Positions 38,683-46,425 of a stretch of DNA of 46,425 nt are shown here, in pieces (within the stretch, counting starts at the first letter, position 1; each line of letters starts with the position of its first letter). The DNA comes from a bacterium (GTDB lineage Bacteria > Actinomycetota > Acidimicrobiia > Acidimicrobiales > CATQHL01), in the NCBI GenBank assembly GCA_026706565.1, contig JAPOYM010000130.1:1-46425 (forward strand), given 5' to 3'. The notes beneath the pieces were generated by a model. That model was not told the DNA's origin. It ran no database searches and worked only from the letters and a program-made list of their open reading frames with translations. Made by a program: the position numbers and the translations under genes.

Positions 38683-39630
38683 TCAACCGCTCCCGCGGCC
38701 GGGCACCGATGCCGCGGACAGCTCGTGGGCGCAGCGGCCGCCGCTAGTGGTGGTCAGGACCTCGGCGCCGTCGGAGGTCACCGCGAGCGTGTGCTCGAAC
38801 TGCGCCGAGCGGGAACGGTCGGCGGTCACCGCCGTCCAGCCGTCGCTCCACAGATCCACCTGCGGGCCGCCGAGGGTCAGCATGGGCTCGATCGTGAAGG
38901 TCATCCCCTCGGCCAGCGGGACGGAGTTGCGCGGGTCGTAATAGTGAGGGATCTGCAGGCTCCCGTGGAAGTCCGGTCCGACGCCGTGGCCCACGAACTC
39001 GCGCACCACGCCGAGGCGGAGCGGGCGCGCCACCCCTTCGATGGCCTCGCCGATGGCGCTCACCGGAACGCCGGGGGCCACGACTCCGATGGCGGCCTCC
39101 AGGGCCCGGAGCGTCCCGCGTACCAGCCGTTCGCTCTCAGCGTCCACCTCGCCGACGCAGAACATGGCGGAGGTGTCGCCGTGAACGCCGTCGAGGTACA
39201 CGGTCACGTCGATGTTCACGATGTCGCCCGCAGCGAGCGGGCGGCTGTCGGGGATCCCGTGGCAGATGACCTCGTTCACTGACGTGCAGACGGACTTCGG
39301 GAACGTCCGGTAGCCGAGCGGGCTGGGGTAGGCGCCCCTGTCGAGCACCTCGGCGTGTACGACCGCGTCGATGGCGTCCGTGGTGGTTCCGGGCGTGACG
39401 TGCCGCCCGGCGATCATCAGCACCTCGGCGGCCGCGGCCCCGGCCCGGCGCATCGCCTCGATCTCGCCAGTCGAGCGCACCGGCGCCATCCTCGACGGCC
39501 CGGGCTCGCCGCGCGCGTCCCTGGCGTAGGCAGGACGGACGATCCCGCGGGGCACCGGCCGCGGCGGACCCACGATGCCGGGCTGCACCGAGGCGGCGCG
39601 CTGCCGCGGTCGCCGCTTGCGCTTGGCCAC
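38683..39630 (-). CDS. map: Type I methionine aminopeptidase
   Basis: FPKSVCTSVNEVICHGIPD, NIDVT...HGDTS, GHGVG, FTIEPM and SAQFEHT; start GTG 39630. Confidence 0.95.
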   Translation of the reverse strand: MAKRKRRPRQRAASVQPGIVGPPRPVPRGIVRPAYARDARGEPGPSRMAPVRSTGEIEAMRRAGAAAAEVLMIAGRHVTPGTTTDAIDAVVHAEVLDRGAYPSPLGYRTFPKSVCTSVNEVICHGIPDSRPLAAGDIVNIDVTVYLDGVHGDTSAMFCVGEVDAESERLVRGTLRALEAAIGVVAPGVPVSAIGEAIEGVARPLRLGVVREFVGHGVGPDFHGSLQIPHYYDPRNSVPLAEGMTFTIEPMLTLGGPQVDLWSDGWTAVTADRSRSAQFEHTLAVTSDGAEVLTTTSGGRCAHELSAASVPGRGSG

Positions 39631-39670
39631 TCCCCTACACCGCCGCCTGAAGCAGTGCGATGACGCCGTC

Positions 39671-40516
39671 CTAGCCGGAGGCCCGACGGGATGCCGCCGC
39701 CGGGTCGCCACTACGGGCGCCGGAGGCGGGCCAGACCGGTGAGCGCTTCTGCAAGAACGCCCCGATGCCCTCCTGCGCGTCGTCCATGGCGGCGTTGGCG
39801 GCCATCACCTCCCGGGTGTAGCGGTACGCCTCCGTTTCGGTGCGGTCGAGTTGGTCGTAGAAGGCGCGCTTGCCGATCGCCAACACGCCGGCGCTGGAGC
39901 GGCTGATCCGATCGGCGAGGTCGGACACCGCCTCCTGAAGCTCGCCCGCCGGCACGACCTTGTTCACCAGACCCCAGTCGGCGGCGGTCGCGGCGTCGAT
40001 GGGATCGCCGGTGAGCAGCATCTCCATCGCCCGCTTGCGACCGATCGCGCGCGACAGCGGCACCATCGGCACCGAGCAGAACAGGCCGATGCGTACGCCG
40101 GGCACAGCGAAGCGGCTTCCCTCGGTCGCCACGACGAGATCGCAGGCCGCCACCACCTGGCATCCCGCGGCCGTGGCGATCCCGTCGACGGCGGCCACGA
40201 CTGGCTGCGGCACCTCGCGGATCACCGCCATGAGCTCACAGCAGGCTTCGAACAGTTCCTCGTAGAAGTCGTCGGGACGGTCCACCATCTCCGCTAGGTC
40301 GTGGCCAGCGCTGAAGGCCGGCGGCGTGGCCGCGACAACGATGACCCGCACCGAAGGATCGTCGCCGAGCGCGGCGACGCGCTCGCTGAGGTCGCGCATG
40401 ACCGCCAGGCTCAGCGGGTTGCGGCGTGTCGGATTGTCCAGGACCACCTCGCCGATGCGGCCGTCGCGACGCAGGCGAACGCGGCAGCCGGACTGCGAGC
40501 CGTTGCTGTCAGCCAT
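39671..40516 (-). CDS. Enoyl-CoA hydratase/isomerase family protein (ECHDC3-like)
   Basis: FSAGHDL, ATAAGCQ, PGVRIGLFCS and EMLLTG. Confidence 0.9.
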   Translation of the reverse strand: MADSNGSQSGCRVRLRRDGRIGEVVLDNPTRRNPLSLAVMRDLSERVAALGDDPSVRVIVVAATPPAFSAGHDLAEMVDRPDDFYEELFEACCELMAVIREVPQPVVAAVDGIATAAGCQVVAACDLVVATEGSRFAVPGVRIGLFCSVPMVPLSRAIGRKRAMEMLLTGDPIDAATAADWGLVNKVVPAGELQEAVSDLADRISRSSAGVLAIGKRAFYDQLDRTETEAYRYTREVMAANAAMDDAQEGIGAFLQKRSPVWPASGARSGDPAAASRRASG

Positions 40517-40596
40517 GCCCCCAGCCTAACGGTGGACCGGACGGGCCGCCCCGACGAGTCCGAGGTCCTGCGACCACAATCGACATCGAACTCGCA

Positions 40597-40625
40597 CTGA
40601 CAAATAAAATATAATTCCATAATCT
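40597..40625 (+). promoter_or_regulatory. Candidate sigma70-type promoter in an AT-rich patch: CTGACA-N17-TAATCT
   Basis: Conspicuous AT-rich island in GC-rich DNA; -35/-10-like hexamers with 17-nt spacing, upstream of the lipoprotein gene. Confidence 0.5.
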
Positions 40626-40693
40626 TCAAGTGTCTCTGGTGTTTTTGTCCGATCTGAGTGTAGTCTCGGACTATCGAACCATCTGAAAGGCCT

Positions 40694-41641
40694 CTGAACT
40701 CCACGAGACGCTCCGGCAGGAGACTCGACGCGGTCCCCCGTCGCGCCGTCGTCGGGCTGCTGCTGGTGCTCCTCCCCGCGTCCGGCTGCGCGGGGGCGGA
40801 TGAGCTGGGCCCGCTCGGGCGGCGGTTCGACGAGGTAGTCCCCGCCATCTCACCGCCCGACGCACAAGCGCAGGGCGCCGCGACCGAACCGCAACCGGCG
40901 CCCGAGGACACGGCCGCGGCGCCGGGGGCTGCTCCACTAGCCGCCGCACACTCCGAGACCGACCCGCCGGCCGCCCGCTCCGGCGGCCGCGCCGTCAACG
41001 ACCCGGGTGACCGGGCGGGCGCGGCGCCAGACGCTGCTCTCGACGCTGCGGGCGCTAGAGGCGTCGAGGCGCAGGGCGCGCCGATTCCTCTGGGCGCCTC
41101 AGACGACGGCGGGGCGCCCCCGCCCGAGGTGGCCACGGCGATCCTCGGCGCCTACGCCGCATTCTGGGACAACTATTGGGACGCAGCGAGCCACCCGGTA
41201 GACCCGACGCACCCGGGGATCGCTCGCTTCAGCACCGAGCCGCTGCGCAGCAGAGCCGCCGGCGTCCTGCTCGGACGGGCGACCGAGGGCATCGCCCTGC
41301 GCCTTCCCCCAGACCACGGCGAAGGGCGGATCGTCCGCATCGAGGGCTGGGACCGAGACGGCGCCGAACTCCTGGACTGTTTCGTCGACACCGCCGTTCT
41401 CTACGAGGTCTCGACGGGCCGCGTCCGCAACGACGAGCAGGCCACAGTCGTGCATCTGGCGCTCATGCGCCGCGAGGGCGGCTCTTGGCGGGTCGCGGAG
41501 ATCTTCGAGCAGGCCATTCACACAGGGAGGACTGAAGGATGCATCATGCAGGCGAACACACCCGACACGTTCGGCCCGACCGCGCCGTCGCCCGACGGAG
41601 AGGCAGACGGCGCGGCGCGCGCGCATGCGTCGGCCTGGTGA
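40694..41641 (+). CDS. Putative lipoprotein with a C-terminal NTF2-like domain; start uncertain (CTG 40694 or GTG 40766)
   Basis: Lipobox-like LLLVLLPASGC, Ala/Pro-rich linker, then AYAAFW...LLDCFVD...GSWRVAEI typical of actinobacterial secreted NTF2-like proteins. Confidence 0.65.
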   Translation: MNSTRRSGRRLDAVPRRAVVGLLLVLLPASGCAGADELGPLGRRFDEVVPAISPPDAQAQGAATEPQPAPEDTAAAPGAAPLAAAHSETDPPAARSGGRAVNDPGDRAGAAPDAALDAAGARGVEAQGAPIPLGASDDGGAPPPEVATAILGAYAAFWDNYWDAASHPVDPTHPGIARFSTEPLRSRAAGVLLGRATEGIALRLPPDHGEGRIVRIEGWDRDGAELLDCFVDTAVLYEVSTGRVRNDEQATVVHLALMRREGGSWRVAEIFEQAIHTGRTEGCIMQANTPDTFGPTAPSPDGEADGAARAHASAW

Positions 41642-42399
41642 CCACGGCCGGCGTGCTGGCCATAGCCGCGGGCGGAGTCGCCGCGGCCGACACGACCGAG
41701 GTGGAGGACTGCAGCGACGGGCACACCCTCTGCACGACGCTGACGGTGGAGCGCCCGACGACCGTGGACCCCGCCCCCAGCGGCACACGGGCCAGACTCA
41801 ACTTCTGCGGACCGATCAGGCTCCAGAGCGACGGCAACGTCACAGCCGATATCTGCGACAGCGACGACAACCTCATACAGACCCTCACCCTGCCTGCGAA
41901 CAGAACGCGGACTCCTCCCAGCAAGTCCTCGGTCGTCTCCTCCGCGATGGGGGCCTTGAACCCGCCGGCGCCGACCATCCACACTTCGCCGGGCTACCGG
42001 AAGGGGTTGCTGGTGCAGACCCCGACGTGGCTCTGGCTGCCGCCGTCGTACTGGCGCACCTACAGCACCACGATCATGGTCTGGGGGTACGTGGTCACGA
42101 TCTTCGCCACACCCACCGTGGTGCGTTGGAAAATGGGCAACGGCGACTCGATCACCTGCCTGGGCCCGGGCACCCCGTGGATCCCGGGTTTCAGCGACAC
42201 GCTCAGCACCTGCAGGTACACCTACCGGCACTCCTCCGACGGTGCCCCGAGGGACCGCTACAAGATCACCGCCACCGTCACCTTCGTGGGCAGTTTCACG
42301 ACCGTGGGCCTCGGCGGCATGCGCGGCCCGCTGGGAGCGGTGACCCGCAGTTCGTCCGTCTACGCCCCCGTGGCGGAGATCCAGGGTCTGGTGGTGTGA
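41539..42399 (+). CDS. Secreted beta-rich protein of the actinobacterial family often labelled 'ATP/GTP-binding protein' (PKD-like C-terminus)
   Basis: Signal peptide; PTWLWL, ATPTVVRWKMGNGDSITC-GPGTPW, TC-YTY-HSS, Y-ITATVTF and V-EIQGLVV; no P-loop. Confidence 0.75.
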   Translation: MHHAGEHTRHVRPDRAVARRRGRRRGARACVGLVTTAGVLAIAAGGVAAADTTEVEDCSDGHTLCTTLTVERPTTVDPAPSGTRARLNFCGPIRLQSDGNVTADICDSDDNLIQTLTLPANRTRTPPSKSSVVSSAMGALNPPAPTIHTSPGYRKGLLVQTPTWLWLPPSYWRTYSTTIMVWGYVVTIFATPTVVRWKMGNGDSITCLGPGTPWIPGFSDTLSTCRYTYRHSSDGAPRDRYKITATVTFVGSFTTVGLGGMRGPLGAVTRSSSVYAPVAEIQGLVV

Positions 42400-42474
42400 A
42401 CCTACGGCAGTCGGCGGGGAGCCTGCGGCCCCATAGGCTCGGGCCGTACCCGCCCAGGCGCCCGGGAGGCCCGC

Positions 42475-43464
42475 ATGTTCACCGCCCTGCTGCTCTCCAA
42501 GACCGAAGACGGATTCCAGCACAGCATCAGCCGGCTCGCCGAGGATCAGCTCCCGGACCACGAGGTGACCGTCGCCGTGGACTATTCCACGGTCAACTAC
42601 AAGGACGGCCTGGCGATCTGCAACGGCGCGCCGGTGGTGCGCAACTGGCCGCTCGTGCCGGGCATCGACCTGGCAGGTGTCGTCGAGGCAAGCGATCACC
42701 CCGACTGGCAACCCGGCGACCGCGTCACCGTCAACGGCTGGGATCTCGGCGAGAAGCACTGGGGCGGCATGGCCACCAAGGCCCGCGTCGAGGCCGGCTG
42801 GCTGACGCGCCTGCCCGCCGGCATCGACACGCGCGCCGCGGCCGCCATCGGCACCGCCGGCTACACCGCCATGCTGTGCGTGATGGCCCTGGAGGACCGC
42901 GGCGCCTCGCCCGGCGACGGACCGGTGATCGTCACCGGCGCCGCCGGGGGCGTCGGCAGCGTGGCGGTCGCCGTGCTGGCCAAGCTGGGCTACGAGGTGG
43001 TGGCCTCCACCGGTCGGGCGGACAGCGAGGGCGACTACCTGCGCAGCCTCGGCGCCGCGGCGATCATCGACCGCAGCGAGTTGAGCGAGCCCGGCGGGCG
43101 ACCCATGGCGAGGCCCCGCTGGGCGGCCGGCGTGGACACCGTCGGCAGCCACACGCTCGTGAACCTCATCGCGGCGCTCGAGCCCGAGGGCTGTGTGGCC
43201 GCCTGCGGCCTGGCCGGCGGCTCGGATCTCTCCGGCACCGTGTTCCCGTTCATCCTCCGGGGGGCGAGCCTGCTGGGGGTCAACTGCGTCTACCAGCCGG
43301 CCGCGCGCCGGACCGAGGCCTGGCAGAGGCTGGCCACCGACCTCGACGGAGGCACCCTGGAGTCCATCACCAGCGAGGTGCCCCTGGGGGAGGTGCCCCG
43401 GGTGGCCGCCGACATCCTCGCCGGGGCGGTGCGGGGCCGGGTCGTGGTGGACGTGAACGCCTGA
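42475..43464 (+). CDS. acuI: YhdH/AcuI-family acrylyl-CoA reductase (MDR superfamily)
   Basis: YSTVNYKDGLA, PGIDLAG, GE-HWGG, IGTAGYTAMLCVMALE, TGAAGGVGS and PFILRG; GGAGG RBS. Confidence 0.85.
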   Translation: MFTALLLSKTEDGFQHSISRLAEDQLPDHEVTVAVDYSTVNYKDGLAICNGAPVVRNWPLVPGIDLAGVVEASDHPDWQPGDRVTVNGWDLGEKHWGGMATKARVEAGWLTRLPAGIDTRAAAAIGTAGYTAMLCVMALEDRGASPGDGPVIVTGAAGGVGSVAVAVLAKLGYEVVASTGRADSEGDYLRSLGAAAIIDRSELSEPGGRPMARPRWAAGVDTVGSHTLVNLIAALEPEGCVAACGLAGGSDLSGTVFPFILRGASLLGVNCVYQPAARRTEAWQRLATDLDGGTLESITSEVPLGEVPRVAADILAGAVRGRVVVDVNA

Positions 43465-43566
43465 GAATCAGACCCGGCGAGACGGTACGCTGCGGATCGG
43501 CGGCCCGGGGCGGCCACAGTCCCTCCCGGCGGCTGCGGGAACGCATCGAGCACGAGGAGAGACCCG

Positions 43567-44445
43567 ATGGGCTACTTCGCACGATCCTGGGAACTCGGCA
43601 AGACGTCCTGGCGCGTCCTGCGCAAGGACAAGGAGCTGCTGTGGCTGCCGGTGCTGGGCGGCGTGGCGTCGCTGGTCATCGCGGGGATCGTCTTCGGCCT
43701 CATCGTGCTCGTCGACTACGACCCGTCGGTGGGGTGGACGGACTTCGAGCCCAGCGGGGGCTCGGTGCTGCTGGTCATCCTCGGCGTGATCGCCAGCGCC
43801 ATCGCCGTGTACTTCTTCCAGGGCGCCCTGGTTGCCGGCGCCCGCGAGCGGCTCACCGGCGGCGACCCCACGGTGGCCAGCGCCATCCGCGGCGCTTCGG
43901 GCCGGATCGGCGCCATCGCCCCGTGGGCGATCGTGGCGCTCGTCGTGGGCTTCATCATCAACACCATCCAGGCGGCGGCACGCGACCGCGCCGGCTTCGT
44001 CGGGGCCCTGTTCGGCAGCCTCCTGGACTTGGCGTGGCGGGTGATGACCTTCCTGGTCATGCCGATCATCATCGCCGAGCGCGTCGGGCCGTTCCGGGCG
44101 CTCGGGCGTTCCAAGGACCTGCTGCGGCGGACCTGGGGCGAGAACCTCGTCGCCCAGGCCGGGCTGTCCATCGTGGGCTTCGTGCTGATGGCGCCCGGGC
44201 TGCTCATCGCCATCTTCCTAGGCTCGGGGGCGCTGGGGGTCTTCGGCGTCATCGTGGGCGGCCTGCTGATGATCCTCGGCGCCGTCGTGGCCTCGGCGCT
44301 GAGCGCCGTGTACCAGACCGCCCTCTACGAGTACGCCACCACCGGCGAGTCCCCGGCCGAGTTCGCTGAGGTCGACCTGGGCCGGTCATTCGGCCACCGC
44401 GACCGCCGCAGCCGCTGGGGCCAGCCCGGCCAATACCGCACGTAG
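43567..44445 (+). CDS. Conserved multi-pass membrane protein (DUF6159-like)
   Basis: SW--LR-DKELL--P N-terminus, S--LLRRTWGE and YQTALYEYA; about 6 TM segments; GAGGAG RBS. Confidence 0.7.
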   Translation: MGYFARSWELGKTSWRVLRKDKELLWLPVLGGVASLVIAGIVFGLIVLVDYDPSVGWTDFEPSGGSVLLVILGVIASAIAVYFFQGALVAGARERLTGGDPTVASAIRGASGRIGAIAPWAIVALVVGFIINTIQAAARDRAGFVGALFGSLLDLAWRVMTFLVMPIIIAERVGPFRALGRSKDLLRRTWGENLVAQAGLSIVGFVLMAPGLLIAIFLGSGALGVFGVIVGGLLMILGAVVASALSAVYQTALYEYATTGESPAEFAEVDLGRSFGHRDRRSRWGQPGQYRT

Positions 44446-44450
44446 CGCTC

Positions 44451-44473
44451 CCGCTCCCCCGGTCGGGGGGCGG
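44451..44473. terminator. GC-rich hairpin between convergent units (possible intrinsic terminator, no U-tract)
   Basis: CCGCTCCCCC-GGTC-GGGGGGCGG begins 6 nt after the stop at 44445. Confidence 0.45.
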
Positions 44474-44476
44474 ACA

Positions 44477-44554
44477 TCACACGTCGAGCCAGTCGGGGCG
44501 GTCCGAGACTCCCTGCACGGTCCAGCCGCCGTCCACGACGATGCACTGGCCGTC
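44477..44554 (-). pseudogene. Relic of the 3' end of an SDR-family oxidoreductase
   Basis: Reads DGQCIVVDGGWTVQGVSDRPDWLDV-stop, matching the SDR C-terminal (T)GQ-i-vDGG motif; no upstream SDR body. Confidence 0.65.
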
Positions 44555-44672
44555 ACACACCCGATGGCGCGTCCTCACCGCTCCCGCGAGACCGGCAGGG
44601 GGCGCGCACGCAACGAACCATCGCTCGTATTCGCGGCGAGCCTGCCGCCTCCGGCAGGGGCGGGGCTCGGGC

Positions 44673-45401
44673 TTACGCCTGCTCGCCCAGCCGGGCCCGC
44701 AGGGCGGCTACCTCGGTCTCGGCGGCGCGTCGGGCGGCGGCCTCGGCGTCTCGCTCATGACTGGTCGTGTGAAGAGCCTGGCGCAGTTGGTCGTTGTCGC
44801 GGCGGGTGTCGTCGGGGTCGGGTAGCCATCGGCCGCTCCGGGGGTCGCGGAAGCGCAGTCGGCGCCCCTCGGCGCACAGGTCGAGGCCCAAGACGCTGCT
44901 GCGGCCGCGCAGGCCGCCTCCGCCGTCGGCGCCCACCGCTATCGGCGCCCAGGCGCCGCCCTCCCGGCGGTCGCCCTGCAAGGCGGGGGAGTAGAACTCG
45001 CCGCCGGTGGGGTCGAGGCGCCAGTACTCGCTGACGCCCATCTCCAGATACGCCGCGGGCTTGTCGTCCAAGTCGTTCCGGTAGGTGCGCTCCGAGGCGA
45101 CCTCCAGCACGAACGCGGGCGGCGCGCCCACCTCCCAGAGCCGGTAGCTGGCCGCCTCCTGGATGCGGCGGGGGTCCACGCCGAAGCACACGAACACGTC
45201 GGGCGCGACCACCCTGCGGGCCGGCAGCGGGCGGTAATAGACATTGAGGTCCTGGCCGACGAAGCAGCCCCGGAGCCCCGCGAAGTGCCCCCGCAGCGCG
45301 CCGTAGCACAGGAAGCGCACCAGCGAATGCAGGTCCGAGTCAGGCACGCTGGGAGTGGCGGGGTACGCCACGTCGGGATCCAAGTCGGCCAGCACGCTCA
45401 T
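44673..45401 (-). CDS. Uma2-family (DUF820) PD-(D/E)XK endonuclease
   Basis: APDVFV, P-FVLEVAS--T---D---K---Y--MGV-EYW--DP and a C-terminal coiled coil; GGAGG RBS. Confidence 0.9.
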   Translation of the reverse strand: MSVLADLDPDVAYPATPSVPDSDLHSLVRFLCYGALRGHFAGLRGCFVGQDLNVYYRPLPARRVVAPDVFVCFGVDPRRIQEAASYRLWEVGAPPAFVLEVASERTYRNDLDDKPAAYLEMGVSEYWRLDPTGGEFYSPALQGDRREGGAWAPIAVGADGGGGLRGRSSVLGLDLCAEGRRLRFRDPRSGRWLPDPDDTRRDNDQLRQALHTTSHERDAEAAARRAAETEVAALRARLGEQA

Positions 45402-45950
45402 CGTCGCCTCCCCTCCCGCGGCCCAGCCGCCGCGGCCTCGACTGCCAGGCTAGTCCGACCGGCCCGCCCCCGCGGACGTTGTCTGCCATAAGCGGAGATT
45501 CTAATAGATATCATGGTGTTTCTAAACATGCCACTGAGGAGGATTGCGGCACGGCCCCCGCTAGGAGCGCCGAGCGACCCACCGCCAGCCTGTCGGGGCA
45601 AGACGACTGGCCTGCCCACCGGACCGGACGCCGGGCCGGCTTGAGGGCCCGGTTCCGGCCGCCCCATCGGCGTGAGCCACGGCCGGCAACCGCCGGTAGA
45701 GCGGTTGGCGACCGCAGAGACAGGACGGCCACGGTGGTCACCACGTCGGGCAGCGTGCGTGTCCGAGATCTTTCTGATCGCTAGTTGAGTTGACATGTCC
45801 CCGGTGGCGGCGCCGCGGCGGGACGGCCCATGAGAGCGGCGAACCCGCCGGGGGGCACCGCCGCGCGCTATGCTCGCCCGCCGGCGAGGTCCCAGCAGCC
45901 GCCGAGACCCGCCGGCTGCAGCCTGCGCCCCCACCACAAGGAGAACACTC

Positions 45951-46425
45951 ATGGCGACCAGTCCTGTCCCCCGAGCGGCCGCGAGGCGACCCCTCGCCGC
46001 GCCGCGCACAAACCCCCCCCCCCCCGCAGGACGGCGCCTTCGAGCTAAGGCGCTCCTAGCCGCCGCGGCGCTGCTGGCGGTCCTGGCCGGCGCGCTCGCC
46101 TCGACGCCCACCGCCGCCCAAGACACCGGCGGCGAGGTCCGCATCGTCGCCCGCAAACACACCGACGGCAGAATCGAATTCGCACTCCAACAACGCCAAG
46201 GCGACACCTGGGGAGACCGACAACTCCCCCGCTCCCGCTACTTCCCCACCACCGCTCCAACCGGACGCTGGCTCGCCAGCACACCCGTAGACGCCGCTGG
46301 CGGCGAGGTGCGCATCGTCGCCCGCAAACACACCGACGGCAGAATCGAATTCGCACTCCAACAACGCCAAGGCGACACCTGGGGAGACCGACAACTCCCC
46401 CGCTCCCGCTACTTCCCCACCACCG
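45951..46425 (+). CDS. Secreted tandem-repeat protein with 57-aa units; continues beyond the window edge
   Basis: AAGGAG RBS and ATG 45951; signal peptide ...RRLRAKALLAAAALLAVLAGALASTPTAA-QD; repeat GGEVRIVARKHTDGRIEFALQQRQGDTWGDRQLPRSRYFPTTAPTGRWLASTPVDAA; absent from the ORF track because there is no stop in the window. Confidence 0.85.
   Translation, partial: MATSPVPRAAARRPLAAPRTNPPPPAGRRLRAKALLAAAALLAVLAGALASTPTAAQDTGGEVRIVARKHTDGRIEFALQQRQGDTWGDRQLPRSRYFPTTAPTGRWLASTPVDAAGGEVRIVARKHTDGRIEFALQQRQGDTWGDRQLPRSRYFPTT
46013..46025 (+). repeat. C13 homopolymer in the leader of the repeat-protein gene (currently in frame)
   Basis: AAC CCC CCC CCC CCC GCA; counted directly. Confidence 0.85.
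46128..46425. repeat. 171-bp near-identical tandem repeat (unit starts 46128 and 46299)
   Basis: Directly visible; the second unit is cut by the window end. Confidence 0.9.

Noticed and set aside
45530-45570. GCCACTG and CCCCCGC resembling cobalamin riboswitch boxes
   Set aside because: The elements are in the wrong order and the GGGAA and B12-box context is missing.

Overview
High-GC actinobacterial chromosomal window. The gene complement suggests Acidimicrobiia, possibly a marine or sponge-associated lineage; this is inference, not a database result. From left to right: (1) the 5' part of a large secreted S8 protease with PPC-like and Calx-beta-like domains, running off the left edge; (2) a cox-type molybdenum-hydroxylase cluster (coxS-coxM-coxD-coxE-split xdhC-mocA) with no large subunit; (3) a conserved housekeeping run (DUF192, rsmI, metG, tatD, double-domain Rpf, rsmA, ispE, bS22, tRNA-Gln, short glmU, prs, rplY, pth, mfd, mazG, eno, ftsB); (4) an accessory block with a RecB/Cas4-like nuclease and two tandem Type IIG-like restriction-modification paralogs whose first 524 bp appear identical; (5) mutM, then a selD with an in-frame UGA (probable selenocysteine) and a SECIS-like hairpin, translationally chained to a divergent PlsY-like protein, an MFS transporter and a divergent DegV; (6) map, an enoyl-CoA hydratase, a lipoprotein/secreted-protein pair, acuI, a membrane protein, an SDR relic, a Uma2 nuclease, and a secreted 57-aa-repeat protein with a C13 tract in its leader, running off the right edge. 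The best candidates for undescribed biology are the Sec-SelD/PlsY-like/MFS/DegV operon and the constant-head, variable-body tandem RM pair. All family calls come from motif recognition by eye.
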